The notes below the pieces were generated by a model. That model did not search any database. It was not told the DNA's origin and saw only the letters and a program-made list of their open reading frames with translations. From Heterodontus francisci (Eukaryota), in the NCBI RefSeq assembly GCF_036365525.1, contig NW_027142279.1, positions 1 to 64,000 on the forward strand: a DNA stretch of 64,000 nt, written 5' to 3'. The translations under genes were made by a program, and so were the position numbers. Shown one piece after another: positions 24,829-37,861 of the stretch; the first letter of the stretch is position 1; each line of letters opens with the position of its first letter.

Positions 24829-25464
24829 CACAATGCTACATTCCGATCAGAAAACTAGGATTGCCTAACAGTTCCCGTAGACTGCCAATGCAGGAGCTTG
24901 TTCCCTATATTTATTTAGTATGCCAAGAAAGCAAGTAGTGAAATTGTTAAACTGTTTGGACATTGCCACGTACCTCTCACTTTGAATTCTGATTTGAAAT
25001 AGTGTTTCAGCATAAATGTAAGTCAATTCCTTATGCACTGAATTTAGTTATTTTCTTGAAGGAAGACTAGGTGAGTTTGCCATTTAGTATCTAATCTTCT
25101 ACAATCTTGACTAGATCTAGTCTTTGTTTATTACATTCAATCATTTTTGTTGGGTCAGTGTGTTAAAGGTTATGGGACCAAAGACGGTAGCTGGAGCTAA
25201 GATAAAACTCAGCCATGATTTAAGTGAATGGTGTAAGAGGCTCAAGGGATGAATGGTCCTTTGTGGCTTCTTGTGTTTGATTGGAGTCCTTTCAAAATCG
25301 TTGACTCGGGTTTGCATCTGTTATAAACTCGACAGTGGCCCTTCCTGAGTTCAGCCATTAAGATAATCACTACTAGTTGAGCCTTGCCTCTCTGCTTTTA
25401 CATTGGTGAAGATTAATGCTTTTACATTGACCACTGGGGGGACACATCGCTCGGTTTTACATAC

Positions 25465-25520
25465 CCAGAACTGTTAATCTTGTCCCATCGCCAAAGCGGA
25501 GAGGTGTGCTGTTTCCAGAA
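25465..25520 (-). CDS. TRBJ: J-beta 2-14, SGNSTPLRFGDGTRLTVL
   Basis: cacagtg(25521)-12-attaaaact; donor gtatgt. Confidence 0.93.
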
Positions 25521-26077
25521 CACAGTGTTACAAAGCAGTATTAAAACTGCTGGGGACCAATGATTACACGATACTTCATCGAATGCTCTGACACCTTTGA
25601 ACAATTATCATTCAACCAATTGCAATGTGTAGATTTGTCTGTCCTTTTCTCCACCATTCCATTTTAAAGCAGAGAAATTATGGTAAAATTTGCTTAGACG
25701 TTCTTGGAGCTCTGTGCACAGTTCTGGTCTCCATATCCCTCGGTTAGACCACACTTGGATCACTGTGCACAGTTCTCGTCTTCATACATATTTACCTATC
25801 AGGAAAGACTGAATAGCCTTTATGATAGAGAAGAGAAGGCTTAGAGGTGACCTGAAAGAGGCGTCTAAGATTATGAAAGGGTTGGGGGGTTCCAGAGGGT
25901 AGACACAGAGAAGTCTGGTAACGTTGTCTTTGCAAAATTGTGCATCTTGGGATTCAAATTTACTCAAGTTTTCCAGTACGTGGCCAGGTTTGTGAGTTTT
26001 GGCAGAATTACGAAGCAATGAATGAACACTTAGAGCGAATTAAATTTGAATATTGAGATCTATTCTTGTTTACCTAC

Positions 26078-26126
26078 CTAGAACGTAATCCCAGAGCCAA
26101 AGTAAGAGATCGAGGTCCCAGCTGAA
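26078..26126 (-). pseudogene. TRBJ: Pseudo J-beta 2-13, SAGTSISYFGSGITF*
   Basis: Intact RSS cacaatg(26127)-12-tgtaaaact and donor gtaggt, but a deletion after FGSG puts TAG in frame. Confidence 0.85.
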
Positions 26127-26164
26127 CACAATGTCACAGGCCAGTTGTAAAACTACCAGGGCCC

Positions 26165-26700
26165 TCAGTTAGGCCTGAGCTGGAGTCTCGTGCCCAATTC
26201 AGGGCACCACACTTTTGGAAGGATGTCAAGGTCTTGGAGAGCGTGCAGAGAGAGATTTACTGGAATGGTCCTAGAAATGAGGGACTCAGTTATGTGGACA
26301 GACTGGAGAAGGTGGGATTGTTCTCCCAGAGAAGGTGAAGGAGAGATTTAATAGTTGATTTCAAAGCCACGAAGGGCTTTGTTAGAGTCAGTAGGGGGAG
26401 ACTGATTCCACTGGCCGGAGATTTCACAACCAGAGAACATAGATTTAAAGCAATTGGCAAACGATCCAGATGTTTATTGAGGGGGCCATTTTTTTGCACA
26501 ACGACTTGTTATGATATGGAATGCATTACCTGAAAATGTGATAGATACTGATTGCATATTGAACTTCAAAAAAGAATTGGATCATAGTTCAAAAAGGCGA
26601 AAATTGCAGGGCTGTATAGAAAGAAAAGGGGTGAGTGGGGCGAATTGGAGAACATTTCCCAACAGCCGACTCTAGTAAGATGGGCCGAGTGGTATTCTTG
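26165..26700 (+). mobile_element. CR1-like LINE 3' fragment
   Basis: ggatgtcaaggtcttggagagcgtgcagag, gactggagaaggtgggattgttctcc and the CR1 tail. Confidence 0.7.
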
Positions 26701-27319
26701 TGTCCAACATGCATATTTGTCGAATTATTTCCATCAACTGTTTTTTTTAGAAGTCTGTCCCATTATCAACAGTGAGCATTCATTCCAGAAGATCACTGCT
26801 TCAGGACGTTAATCATAACAAGCTGAACAAACTCTGTTTAAGAATGGGATTGAATTTTATACGGATGAAGGCAAAGCACAATCTTCTAAAACAAAATCGA
26901 AGCGGTCATTTTTATTAATTAGTGTGAGGTTAACAATTTTATGCGGCAACAGCTCAGAATTGTTGACTTAATTTTGGCTGCAAGCCCATAAAGTATGGAT
27001 TGACAAAAGTATTAGGGTCATGTCTTTACAGCCATGTCTATCCTGGATTCTACTCCACCCAATAACCCTCCTGAGAAAAGAGCCTGAGGAATGTCTCCCA
27101 ATTCCAAAACAATTCAGCCAATCACAAGAAGGCATTTCCACCATAACATTCTACGTTAGACAACCCAATGCACTTCTCTGTCGGTTTAATGTCACACAGC
27201 ATTTTCTACATTTTTGAAAGGATAATAAGATTGTCGATGTGCTGGTTGATAATTCGAAAACTGGACAGTAATGGGAAACTACAGAATATGATGATAGACT
27301 ATCCCATCTTCTTTCTTTT

Positions 27320-27818
27320 GGGCCTACTTATCTCGAGAGACAATGGATACGCGCCTGGAGGTGGTCAGTGGTTTGTGAAGCAGCGCCTGGAGTGGCTATA
27401 AAGGCCAATTCTGGAGTGACAGGCTCTTCCACAGGTGCTGCAGAGAAATTTGTTTGTCGGGGCTGTTGCACAGTTGGCTCTCCCCTTGCGCCTCTGTCTT
27501 TTTTCCTGCCAACTACTAAGTCTCTTCGGCTCGCCACAATTTAGCCCTGTCTTTATGGCTGCCCGCCAGCTCTGGCGAACGCTGGCAACTGACTCCCACG
27601 ACTTGTGATCAATGTCACACGATTTCATGTCGCGTTTGCAGACGTCTTTATAGCAGAGACATGGACAGCCAGTGGGTCTGATACCAGTGGCGAACTCGCT
27701 GTACAATGTGTCTTTGGGGATCCTGCCATCTTCCATGCGGCTCACATGGCCAAGCCATCTCAAGCGCCGCTGACTCAGTAGTGTGTATAAGCTGGGAGTG
27801 TTGGCCGCTTCAAGGACT
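27320..27818 (-). mobile_element. RTE-clade (BovB-like) LINE 3' fragment
   Basis: RWLGHVSRMEDGRIPKDTLYSEFATGIRP...WESVASVRQSWR...CSTCGRACHSRIGLYSHSRRC is the RTE-type C-terminus with its Zn-finger-like motif. Confidence 0.85.
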
Positions 27819-27852
27819 AGTTAGACAAACAAAGTCTTTAACATTTACAGAC

Positions 27853-27908
27853 CCAAAACTGTGAGCTTGGTCCCTTGGCCAAAATATAATGGTTCGGTCT
27901 TTCCATAA
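27853..27908 (-). CDS. TRBJ: J-beta 2-12, YGKTEPLYFGQGTKLTVL
   Basis: cacagtg(27909)-12-tacaaaact; weak donor gtctgt. Confidence 0.9.
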
Positions 27909-28578
27909 CACAGTGTTACACTCCCATTACAAAACTATTACCCTCCAGACAACCTATTGCACCAGGAGGCGGCCATTCAGCCCCTCTACCCTGCTCCTCT
28001 ATTCAAAGGCTGATCTGTACCTCACTTCATTTACCATTCTAATCTCGATATCCCTCGATAACCTCCCCAAACAAAGTTATTTCCATCTCAATTTTGTCAG
28101 GTCTAATCGCCCTCCAGGATTCACAGCTTTTTCTTGAAGAGGGAGTTCCAGAGATCTTTTACAATCAATTATTATCATGTACTTTTACTACGGATTCCTC
28201 TGCGAGAGGTGAAATCAGAGGGTTTTCCATCAAAATATCTGATGTTCGACATCCCAGTACGGCTTTAGTTTCACATAAAAAGCTACAATGAGATTCTTGA
28301 TATTCCCATTGATAACTAGAATAATGGAGAGTTGTGGGCAATCACAGAATATAACAATAGACCAACAAATGGCTTTATCAAGTTTGACTATCCCAGTGGA
28401 TAGTGAATGGAACAATTTAACAATAGTGTTACTCTAAAAGAGAAGCAAATTAATCTCTTTTAAAGGCAGGCTGGAGATTGGGTCAAATCATTAACTAAAC
28501 CCTCGCCACTCCCCATTGGAGGCAACCTAATAGCAATTAAACTGTAAAATGAATACAATGGTGTAACCGTTCACCTAC

Positions 28579-28631
28579 CGAAAACTACTATCTTGGTCCC
28601 ATCGCCAAAAGTATAATCGTAGTTATTTGAG
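28579..28631 (-). CDS. TRBJ: J-beta 2-11, SNNYDYTFGDGTKIVVF
   Basis: cacagtg(28632)-12-tttaaaact; donor gtaggt. Confidence 0.93.
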
Positions 28632-29102
28632 CACAGTGATGCCTGTCAGTTTTAAAACTCCCATCTAGTTAGAAATGCTAAAATGCACCGTCTTCGAAAT
28701 GATGTACTCAAATTGTAGATTTACATACTATTAATGTGTGATGTAAAGACAGCGGCAATGCACCCTAGATATTGGACAGGAGAACAAAAGGTTAGTTATA
28801 GGGCCTGGTGGAGGTTACAGAGACAGCGAGATTTGTCGGGATTGGAGGATGTTACAGGGATAAGGAGAGTTATAGAGGCTGGAGGCGGTTACAGGGATAG
28901 GGAGACAGCGAGGCCTTGGGGTGAGTTGAAAACAAAGGTGAAAGATGTTTAAACCAAGATACTGCAGGTTCTGCTGCCAATATAAATCGGCGAGGTGATC
29001 CTGTGACCGAGAACATGATGTATTTTAGAGCATCTAATTTCGTCTGAGAATCTCAAGGATCCTCATTGACGAAAACAACAAAAGCTTCAGTTCTGTGCTC
29101 AC

Positions 29103-29155
29103 CTAAAACAATCAATTTTGTCCCGTCACCGAAGTAATACAGAGTATTTCCTGTA
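29103..29155 (-). CDS. TRBJ: J-beta 2-10, TGNTLYYFGDGTKLIVL
   Basis: cacaatg(29156)-12-agtataact; donor gtgagc. Confidence 0.92.
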
Positions 29156-30201
29156 CACAATGTTACATGACAATAGTATAACTACAGGTCGAAGAGCAAT
29201 GAAGCTGGTGCACTGATGCAAAACTTCACACACAATGCACTGGCGATTTGACTCTTTATGTCAAGGACATTATAAGGTTAATTAGAAATTCAGTGTGAGG
29301 AATAGAATGGGAAGTTCGTTACTCAGACAGTGGTGATAAGTTGGAATGCACTACCACAGGGAATGGGTTGAGGTGAATTGTGGAGATGCTTTCAAGGTGT
29401 AAGTTGGAAAAAGACATGGGAGAGAAAGGAATAGAAGATTAGATGAAGTAAGGGTGAGAGGAGGCTCGTGTGCAGTTTCACCACTGGCTTGCTTACGCAC
29501 ATTCTATATAATTAAATGTAATTATGATGTTTTATTTCACTCATTCTGGGGGAAGAACGATGACAGCATTTTTTGGAAACAAATAATCTGCCCTCTGAGA
29601 AAACGGTTCACAAATCTGCAACTCCCTCCCTGACAGGACTGCAGAAAGACCTACACCCCATTGAGTGCAGGGGCGATGGTTGCAAAGTGATAATGTTACT
29701 GTGCTAGTAATGTTCTAGTTCAAATCCCGAGGGTAGCTAGAGGAATTTAACTTCAACTGATAAATGAAAGTTTGGTTTAACTGCATGAAACTATCGTCAA
29801 TTGTCAGAAAACCCCGCCTGTTGTCATATAAGTGACTTCAGACTTCAGTTGACTCTCAACTGCCTTCTGAAACAGCAAACCACCCAGTCCAAGAGCAATT
29901 AGGGTTGGCCAACAAATCTTGGCCTTGCCAGCGACGCCCATATCTGATGAAAAAAAATGAGCTAGCAAACCACTCAGAGGGCAATTCGGGATGGGCAATA
30001 AATTCTGGTCCACATTCCACGTATTAAAAAAAATCTTTCCCTGTGCATCTTAGTATTTTCCATGTATTCTGGCTTTTATGCACATTGGAAATGTTGCCTG
30101 AAATTTTTTTGTTACTTGTCAATGCAACATTTCAGTTGCAAACTGAAACTCAGAAACAGCGTGAGTGACAATCATTTTTTTTCAAAGAACGTCCAACTCA
30201 C

Positions 30202-30254
30202 CCAACACAGTCAGTTTAGTCCCGTCGCCAAAGAAATACTCGTAGCTTCCAGAA
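30202..30254 (-). CDS. TRBJ: J-beta 2-9, SGSYEYFFGDGTKLTVL
   Basis: cacagtg(30255)-12-tactaaact; donor gtgagt. Confidence 0.94.
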
Positions 30255-30566
30255 CACAGTGTTTCAGCCCTGTTACTAAACTATACTGGTCCCTGAAAGG
30301 TTGCCGAATATTTGAGTGAATAATACAGCTCTTGTTTGTTTGTCCAAAGTAAGCTAAATGGGAGAAATTTTCCCTTCTTTAAACACGAAGACAGTTCAAG
30401 AATCAGTCTTTCTCCCCCTCTCACTCTCTGTCCCTGTTTGGGCGCGACCATATTTTAAATGCATTGGAAAAATGTCTTTCACCAATGAACCCGGAGCCTT
30501 AAACCTCTTTCCGACCATTTCAGACAACGTGCATTCTCAGAGTTGGTCTAACATTCCTGGACTCAC

Positions 30567-30616
30567 CTGTCACAAGTAACTTGGTACCGCCTCCGAAGTA
30601 ATATTGATAGCCAGAA
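30567..30616 (-). CDS. TRBJ: J-beta 2-8, SGYQYYFGGGTKLLVT
   Basis: cacagtg(30617)-12-aacaaaacc; donor gtgagt. Confidence 0.95.
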
Positions 30617-30769
30617 CACAGTGAGAGACCCTTGTAACAAAACCTCAGAAGGCAAGGTGCAGGTCTTGCCGATATCATACTTGGACCCTGTCCTCGAAAG
30701 CGTTTGTAGATCACATCTCCTTAATTTATATATCTCCCAATTTACATTTGTGGCTCAATGAACAAGCTC

Positions 30770-31330
30770 ATAGAATCATAGAAATATGCAGCACAGAAGG
30801 GGAGACCATTCGGCCCGAAGGTCCTGTGCTGACTTTATGAAAGAGTTTTCCCATAGTCCAGTATATTTCCCTTCGAGTAACTATCCAATTCCCATTTTGA
30901 AAGTCACGACTGAACCAACTTCCACCACCATTTCAGATGTGCCTTCCCGATCACAGTAACTACCTCTGTGGGAGAATGTCTCTTCATCCCGCCTCTGGTC
31001 ATTTTTGTCAATTGCCTCAAAACCTGTGTCCTCTGGTTACCGACCCTTCTACCAATGGAGACAGTTTCTGATTATTAACTCGATCCAAAACCTTCATTAA
31101 TTTGAACACCTCTTTTCAATCTCCCTTTAACCTTCTCTGTTTAAAGGAGAACAAGCCCAGGTTCTCCAGTCTCTACAACTATCTGAGGTCCCTCATCTCT
31201 GGTACAATTCTGGTGAATCATTTCTGCTCCCAATCTAAGGCCTCGACATCCTTCATAAAGTGTGGTACCGAGAACCGAACACAACACTCCAGCTGGGACC
31301 TTACCAGTGATTTGTAAATGTTAATCCTCA
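30770..31330 (-). mobile_element. CR1-like LINE 3' fragment
   Basis: aatcatagaaat tail, ttaaccttctctgtttaaaggagaacaagcccagg and related CR1 motifs. Confidence 0.7.
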
Positions 31331-31691
31331 CTTCCTTACTCAACTCCTCGTGAATCTTTAATCAATGATGGTGCGTTCCAGAATCATCAACTGGTCATTC
31401 CAAACATCTAGTCTCTTTTTTTAACCTAGCTCTCTCGCTATCTCACTCCTCGCATTAAACCGATAGAGTAACATTAGGGGCAGTGGTAGGCCATTCAGAG
31501 TCTGCTTTTCCAGACAGCTATCACTTGTTGATTTCCACACACACAATCGGTCATTGTTAAGAAACGGATGGCACCTGAATAGGGAATATGATTAGCGTTA
31601 TCGTCATATATTAATCTTGTAAATTTCAATCAGACTATACCATATCAGACCGTGCGGAATGATTCTCACTGACGCCACGTTAATCAGTTAC

Positions 31692-31743
31692 CTAAAACCA
31701 CGAGGTTTGTGCCATCGCCAAATGTATAGTCATTGTTCCCTGA
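31692..31743 (-). CDS. TRBJ: J-beta 2-7, SGNNDYTFGDGTNLVVL
   Basis: cacaatg(31744)-12-aacaaagct; donor gtaact. Confidence 0.92.
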
Positions 31744-32175
31744 CACAATGTTACACAGTTGTAACAAAGCTAGGGAATCTTTAACTCTCTACACGCCGGT
31801 TAATTAAGCACAGTTGCATCATTTTGTATTGGGTGGCATTTATTACCCCGCCCTTTCCCTCTTTACCTCTTTTTGTCATTTCTTTTGTCTTTGTCTCTAC
31901 CTCTCCAAACTTTTTCTCTCTAATTCTCTGTCCCCTTTTGCCTGCATTTTGCTCCCAATCTGTCTCTCTGCAGATATGGTTTGCCTCCCTAACCTTCCTC
32001 CATTTCCACCTCGCCATTCCCCTATGTTTATTTGTTTTAACTCTTGCTTCGCTACTCTTTGTTTTTTCTAAAGTTTACGTTCTCTCCCCTTTCTTCAAAC
32101 TGACGGGAGCAAACCGGCCGACAGTTTTAATACTTACTGAGACCACTGATATGTTTCAACAAATATCTCACTCAC

Positions 32176-32233
32176 CCAGGACTGTTAACTAAGTGCCGTC
32201 TCCAAAATATGATAGCTGGGTATTTCCTGCACC
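32176..32233 (-). pseudogene. TRBJ: Pseudo J-beta 2-6, GAGNTQLSYFGDGT*LTVL
   Basis: cacatca(32234)-12-acgaaaaca; donor gtgagt; in-frame TAG in FR4. Confidence 0.88.
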
Positions 32234-32784
32234 CACATCATCATGTGACAACACGAAAACATTCCTCAATAGCGCCCTGCCAGTTTTCAGTGTCCATCTC
32301 ATTAATATTTGATATTGCCCTTTGACTAACATGAGCTGACCATCCAACAAAGTACACCCATAAAATAACCTGGTGGGGAGGTGGGGAAGCGGGGGCTTGA
32401 CCATTAAAGCTAGCAACATTCACAGTACCGTCTATCTATCCATCTGTGAATATGTTAGATGTCCACAGATACAGTGCTTATAATACAGGAAGATTTTACA
32501 TGGAGTTCTTCATAATTATTAATTAACTTCGACTCACAAGTTGGGGACCAGATAGCTCCAGTTGCCTAACGTGCCAGTTAGAAAAACGCTTACAGAACGG
32601 ATTCATTTCTCACCGTGTCTGGTGAAGGCAAGGGGTAGCCTCCTCATAGGCACTCCTCCCCATTCATGCTCCTCTCTCCTGCTGGAGAAAAGGAGCAGAG
32701 AGCCAGTCCATCAGATGACCACCAGCCTGCACAGACAAGATGAACCCAGCATCCCTGGCTTCATTGAATGAAAGTCTAACTCAC

Positions 32785-32844
32785 CCAATACTGCTGTTAG
32801 AGCCGAACCGTCCCCATAATGTCAAGGCTGGTAGCTCCCGCCTG
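32785..32844 (-). pseudogene. TRBJ: Pseudo J-beta 2-5, GGSYQP*HYGDGSALTAVL
   Basis: cactata(32845)-12-accaaaaca; donor gtgagt; in-frame TGA and F->Y. Confidence 0.85.
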
Positions 32845-32999
32845 CACTATACTAAACAACAGTACCAAAACACACCTTTGGATAGACAGATACACCGACA
32901 GAAAAGTAGCTACGTAGATCGATAAACATAAAGATGGATACACAGACCGATACATTGTGGATGATGGAACAATAGATGTTTATATAGATGCTAACGTAC

Positions 33000-33049
33000 C
33001 TAAAACAGTTAACTTGGTACCAGCTCCGAAGTAGTAAATATCAGAAGAG
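33000..33049 (-). CDS. TRBJ: J-beta 2-4, SSDIYYFGAGTKLTVL
   Basis: cacaaag(33050)-12-atcaaaacc; donor gtacgt. Confidence 0.92.
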
Positions 33050-34589
33050 CACAAAGCTAAATCCCTGTATCAAAACCTCTCACCTCTCTCTGATTCTTGT
33101 CCTGAAGGAGTCTTTCACAACTAGAAAGAACCTACAGGAGTATTGGCACAAAGGAACATAGAAATACTGTAGCTGGAGTAGGCTATTCAGCCCGTCGAGC
33201 TTGTTCTGACATTCAGTGAGGTCATGACTCATCTGTATTGTAACCCCATCAGCCTGTTTGTGTTCCAGACCCTTTTCCTAACAAGGCTGTATCATTCTCA
33301 GATTGGGAAGTGACAATTGACCCTGTGGCCTCAGCAGTTTCTCAGGGTGGAGAGGCCCAGATTTCCGCCACCGTTTGTTCAGTTATGTCCTTTCTGGCAT
33401 CACCCCTGAACGGCCAAGCTTTAATGTTAAGCTAATGCTCCCCTCCACCCTCACCCTTGTTCTGGGCTCTGACACCCGCGGAAATTGCAGCTCTATCTAC
33501 CCGATCGAATCCTCTCATGATCTTAAACACATCAGTTGGATCAATCCTTAATCTCCAATGCTCAACATCTCTAAGCAACCTGCCCCCACAATTTAATTCC
33601 GGCATGATTCTGGTAAATGAGGAAAGATCATTCGCAATCTGCCCTGGACTTTCAGCTCACGTTCCCTAGGCCGTTCAATGTGCATTCTACACCCAGTCTC
33701 GATTCACAAATTTAAAAAATCCCTTTTGATATTTCTCATCCATTTAAACGCTTCAGGTTAATGGGGAATACATCAAATCATATCGACACTTCAGCACCGA
33801 ACCAGACCATTCAGCCCACTACATCCTAGCCGATTAAATGCTCCACATTATCCTTCTCACACCCTCTTCATCTCACCCCATCAATAGGTCCTTTTATTCC
33901 TTTCTCCCCCATATGTTTATCCAGCTTCCCTTTTAAAAACATCTCTGCTATTTGCCTCAGCCCACTCCCTGTGGTAGTGAATTCCACATTCTTGCCACTC
34001 TCTGGTTGAAAAGGCTTCTCCTGAATTCCATATTGGATTTATTAGTGACTGTCTTATATTGATGGTCCCCTGGTTCTGGTCTCCCCAACAAGTAGAATCA
34101 TCTTGCCTCTGTCATAATCATAAAGACCTCGATCAGGTTATCCTCTCTGCCTTCTCTTTTCTAGAGAAAACAGCACCAGCCTCTTCATTCTTTACCTGTA
34201 GTTATATTCTCTCCGTTTTGGGAGCTCACTTGTAAATATGTTTTGTTTTGCTCTATCCAGTGCCTCTGCTTTTTTAATCATATGCAGAACAGAACGGCAT
34301 ACTAAAGAACTGAATCTGACAGTTTTCGTTCTGTGTCTGTGTCCTCTTGTTCTGCTCTCATTTGCAGCTACAATTGCCGTTTGCACTGTTTATTTTAGAG
34401 ACCCTCCCTTATGTTCCACTCAAACCCCTTTCCATCCAGTGACATGAATTCAGCAGTTGTAGGTCTCCCTTTGTAAGCTCAAGAGTCGAAATTAATTCAC
34501 CAAATTCCCATATTTTCACTCCCTCGACCACCCCACGTGAATTCCCAAATTGAATCAACTTTTCCAGCATTAGGAATGCATTCACTCAC

Positions 34590-34639
34590 CTAAAACCACC
34601 AGTTTGGTCCCATCTCCGAAATATGCTTCTCCAGCATTA
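34590..34639 (-). CDS. TRBJ: J-beta 2-3, NAGEAYFGDGTKLVVL
   Basis: cacaatg(34640)-12-cgcaaaatc; donor gtgagt. Confidence 0.93.
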
Positions 34640-35229
34640 CACAATGGTATGGGGCTGTCGCAAAATCCCCCTCAAGTCTAGATTGTTAAGTCTGTTCCAT
34701 TGAAGTTCTGACTGTGTCAATGGCCTGTAAAGGTCGTTGGAACATGGGGACAGGAGGTGGCCATTCAGCCCTTCGTACCTGTTCCACCATTCAGTTAGAT
34801 CAGGGTTGTTCTGAACCTTAACTCCATCATCCCACCTTGCTTCTGTAAACCTCAATACTTCTGTTTAACAAAAATCAAACAATCTTGGATTTGAACTTAT
34901 CAATTGACCCCCAGCCTCAACAGTATTTTATTTGTTGTGGGGGGTTCGGGGAGAGTTCCTGATCTCACCCCTGAACGGCTCGAATTGAAATTGTTCTGGA
35001 TTCCCCCCAACCTGAAGAAGCAGTTTCTCTCTTTCTATCCAACACCTCAAGCACCTCGATTATATCAACTCTTAATGATCTAGGTTCAAGGGACTGTCAG
35101 CTTAGTCTGAGTAACCAGTCCTCATGATTTAACCCCTTTCTGCATCTAATATCTGAACTTACTCCCCGCGATTTTATAACCGCATATAGACCTCGATGTT
35201 GATCTGATAGGAAGAACAGAGTCCCTTAC

Positions 35230-35277
35230 CGAAAACTGTTAACTTGGTCCCGTCGCCGAAGTAAGCTATGTTTCCTG
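35230..35277 (-). CDS. TRBJ: J-beta 2-2, GNIAYFGDGTKLTVF
   Basis: cacagtg(35278)-12-tcatgaact; donor gtaagg. Confidence 0.92.
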
Positions 35278-35653
35278 CACAGTGGCCTAAACCCAGTCAT
35301 GAACTGGCCCGGGAACTGTTACCCTTGCAGCTGAACGGGTCTGTGCTTGGGCGGTTTTCCGTGGAACACATCACCAAGCGGGTGTCCCGTTGGACTGGTC
35401 TTTGCGAACCAGAAGGAAGGGCCAGTGTCGTCCCGGGGAGAGAAATACCGCGCCAAAGTGACATACGGACGCTTGTGGCAGGAGGGAAATTAGGCGCAAT
35501 TCTCGGCGGTCATGAGACAGATCTAACCGACTGACTAACTCGTTAAACTGTCCGGGGTTGGGGGGGGTGGTGGTGTGGGAGGGGGTGCAGTAAGCTGTGA
35601 ATGCACACAGCTACACATGAAGGTAGAGAGAACAAAAGACCCCATTATCTTAC

Positions 35654-35704
35654 CTAACACCGTCAGTTTGGTGCCGGTCCCGAAATTGTGTGGTGCTGTC
35701 TGGG
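35654..35704 (-). CDS. TRBJ: J-beta 2-1, QTAPHNFGTGTKLTVL
   Basis: cacatca(35705)-12-acatcaacc; donor gtaaga. Confidence 0.9.
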
Positions 35705-36225
35705 CACATCAGCAAATCATGTTACATCAACCCGGTCGAAAACGGTTTGCTACAAGTGGGCTGCTCAGCGTTTAGGAAGCACTGGTCAAGACAATCAGGA
35801 GGCACAAAGCAGCTTACAGCCAATGAAGCAGTTTGTTTAGGAAGTGGTCACCACAGGGAGACAGAGCAACTGATATTGTACCAAGGAAGTCCCATCAAAC
35901 AGCAGTGAGATTAATGAGCAGATCATTGTGATGTTGGTTGAGGGATCAATATTGGTCCCAAGACACCGGGGTGGTGTTTCAGGGGTTGAAGAGTAACCAG
36001 TTTTCACACAAATAACACAGTTATTCGCTTTTCCAGAGGAATGCTCTAGGTTATAAAGCTGGACCATTCTGAGGCATCTACAAGATTGAAAGGGCCCAGC
36101 TCCCGCCATAATCCAGAGGAGATGTTTATTCGTTTACTCTGTTGCCACTGCTCTTCTGCTGATCTTCCTCGAGGTGTGTAGAGCGAGGTTTTTGTACGGA
36201 GGCTGCATTGGATTCTATCACAGTG

Positions 36226-36238
36226 TCCCCCCTGTCCC
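36226..36238 (-). CDS. TRBD: D-beta 2, GGGACAGGGGGGA
   Basis: 5' 12-RSS (36239-36266: cacggtg-12-acaagaaag) and 3' 23-RSS (36187-36225, perfect nonamer). The core matches the pan-vertebrate D-beta GGGACAGGGGG. Confidence 0.97.
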
Positions 36239-37861
36239 CACGGTGATAGACACTCATACAAGAAAGAACGCGAATTTTGCAAGGCCCTGCTTCTTCAAAG
36301 ACTCCCGAGGGCTTCACTTGGTGAAGTCAGTTGAGATTGAGCTGCTGAAAGTTTTTTAGTCCTTTGGACCAGAATTAAAGGCCGTTCATTCCGTCTCAAA
36401 ACTGTTAGCAGGAACAGGAGGTGGCCATTCCGCCCCTTCACAGCCTGCTACACAGGTGCAGCAAGAGGCCATTCAGCCCCTCTAGACCTTGTTACACAGG
36501 AAGAAGAGGAGGCCCATTCAGCCCCTCTTGAGCTGCTTACACAGTAACAGGCCCATTCATCCACTCAAGCCTCCTTCCTTTCCTCTACTTCCTTCCTTCC
36601 TTTCTTTCCGTCCTTCCATCCTTCCTCCCTTCCTTCCTTTCATGGTTTTTTTCTTGCTTGCTTTCTCTCTTTCTTTCTCTCTCTCCATTCCATCTCTCTG
36701 TTGCACCCCTTCTCCCCTTCCCCCTCCCCCATCCCTTACCCGCTTCATGATCTGCATTCTCTCTTCTACAACGTGCAGGACCTCAGGACATACCGGCCAC
36801 GGGACCTCAAACAGAAGCCACTTACTCTAGACAGTAAATCGTTCACACTGCTATCTCTTATCTTATCACTCAGAGAGACCCATGTCTGCCAAACTAGTGC
36901 AAGTTTCCCAGGTGTCGTGTTGATGTGCGCAGTGCTGTTATCATTCCTGCAGATCTCATTGCACACCAACCCCCATCGCCATGCACCTGACATGAGGGAG
37001 AAAGGAATAGAAGTTTAGATGGTGTAGGGGGGGTGGGGGGGGAGAGGAGGCTCATGTTCAGTATCACCACTGGCTTGATGACACATTTCTGGGGGGATTC
37101 GAGCAATGTTTGAAAATGAATAATCCGCCCTCTGAGAAAATGGGTCAAAAAAGGAACTTCCTTAAAAACACTGTGGAAATACCTAAAACACATTGAACGC
37201 AGGCGTGACGCTAGCAAAATGATAATGTTGCTGGGCTAGTAATCCTGCAGCCCGGGCTAGTGTTCTGGTTGTGTGAATTCAAATGGCCGCAGATGGGATT
37301 TAAATTCAGCTGATTCATAAAAATCTGTCAGGGTGCCATGAAACTGTCGTCGATTGTCATAAAAACCCATCTCCCATCTTATATGGGACTCCAAACCTGC
37401 AGCATGCAGTTGACTGTTAACTGCCCTCTGAAATTGCAAAGCACTCAGTTCAAGGGCAATTAGGGATGGGCAACAAATGTTGGCCTTGCCATCGGTGCCC
37501 ACATCCCATGACAAGAATAAAAACATGGCCTAACAAACCACTCAGAAGGCAATTATGGGTGGCCAATAAATGCATCCCAGCACGAATTAACAATGACTTT
37601 TCCTGTTCATTTTTGTCTGTATTTTGCTCCCTATCTGTGTCTCTCTGTATATGGTTGCCTCCCTAGCCTTCCTCCACTCTCCACCTCGCCTTTCCTCTAT
37701 GTTTAATTGTTTTAACCTTTGCTACTTTACTGTAATGCTTACGGTTTATTTTTACAAATTTCATGTTCTCTCCCCTTTCTTCAAACGGAAGGGAGCAAAC
37801 TGCCCAACAGTTTCAGTGCTGATTGAGCCCACTGATATATTTCGACCAATATTCTACTCAC

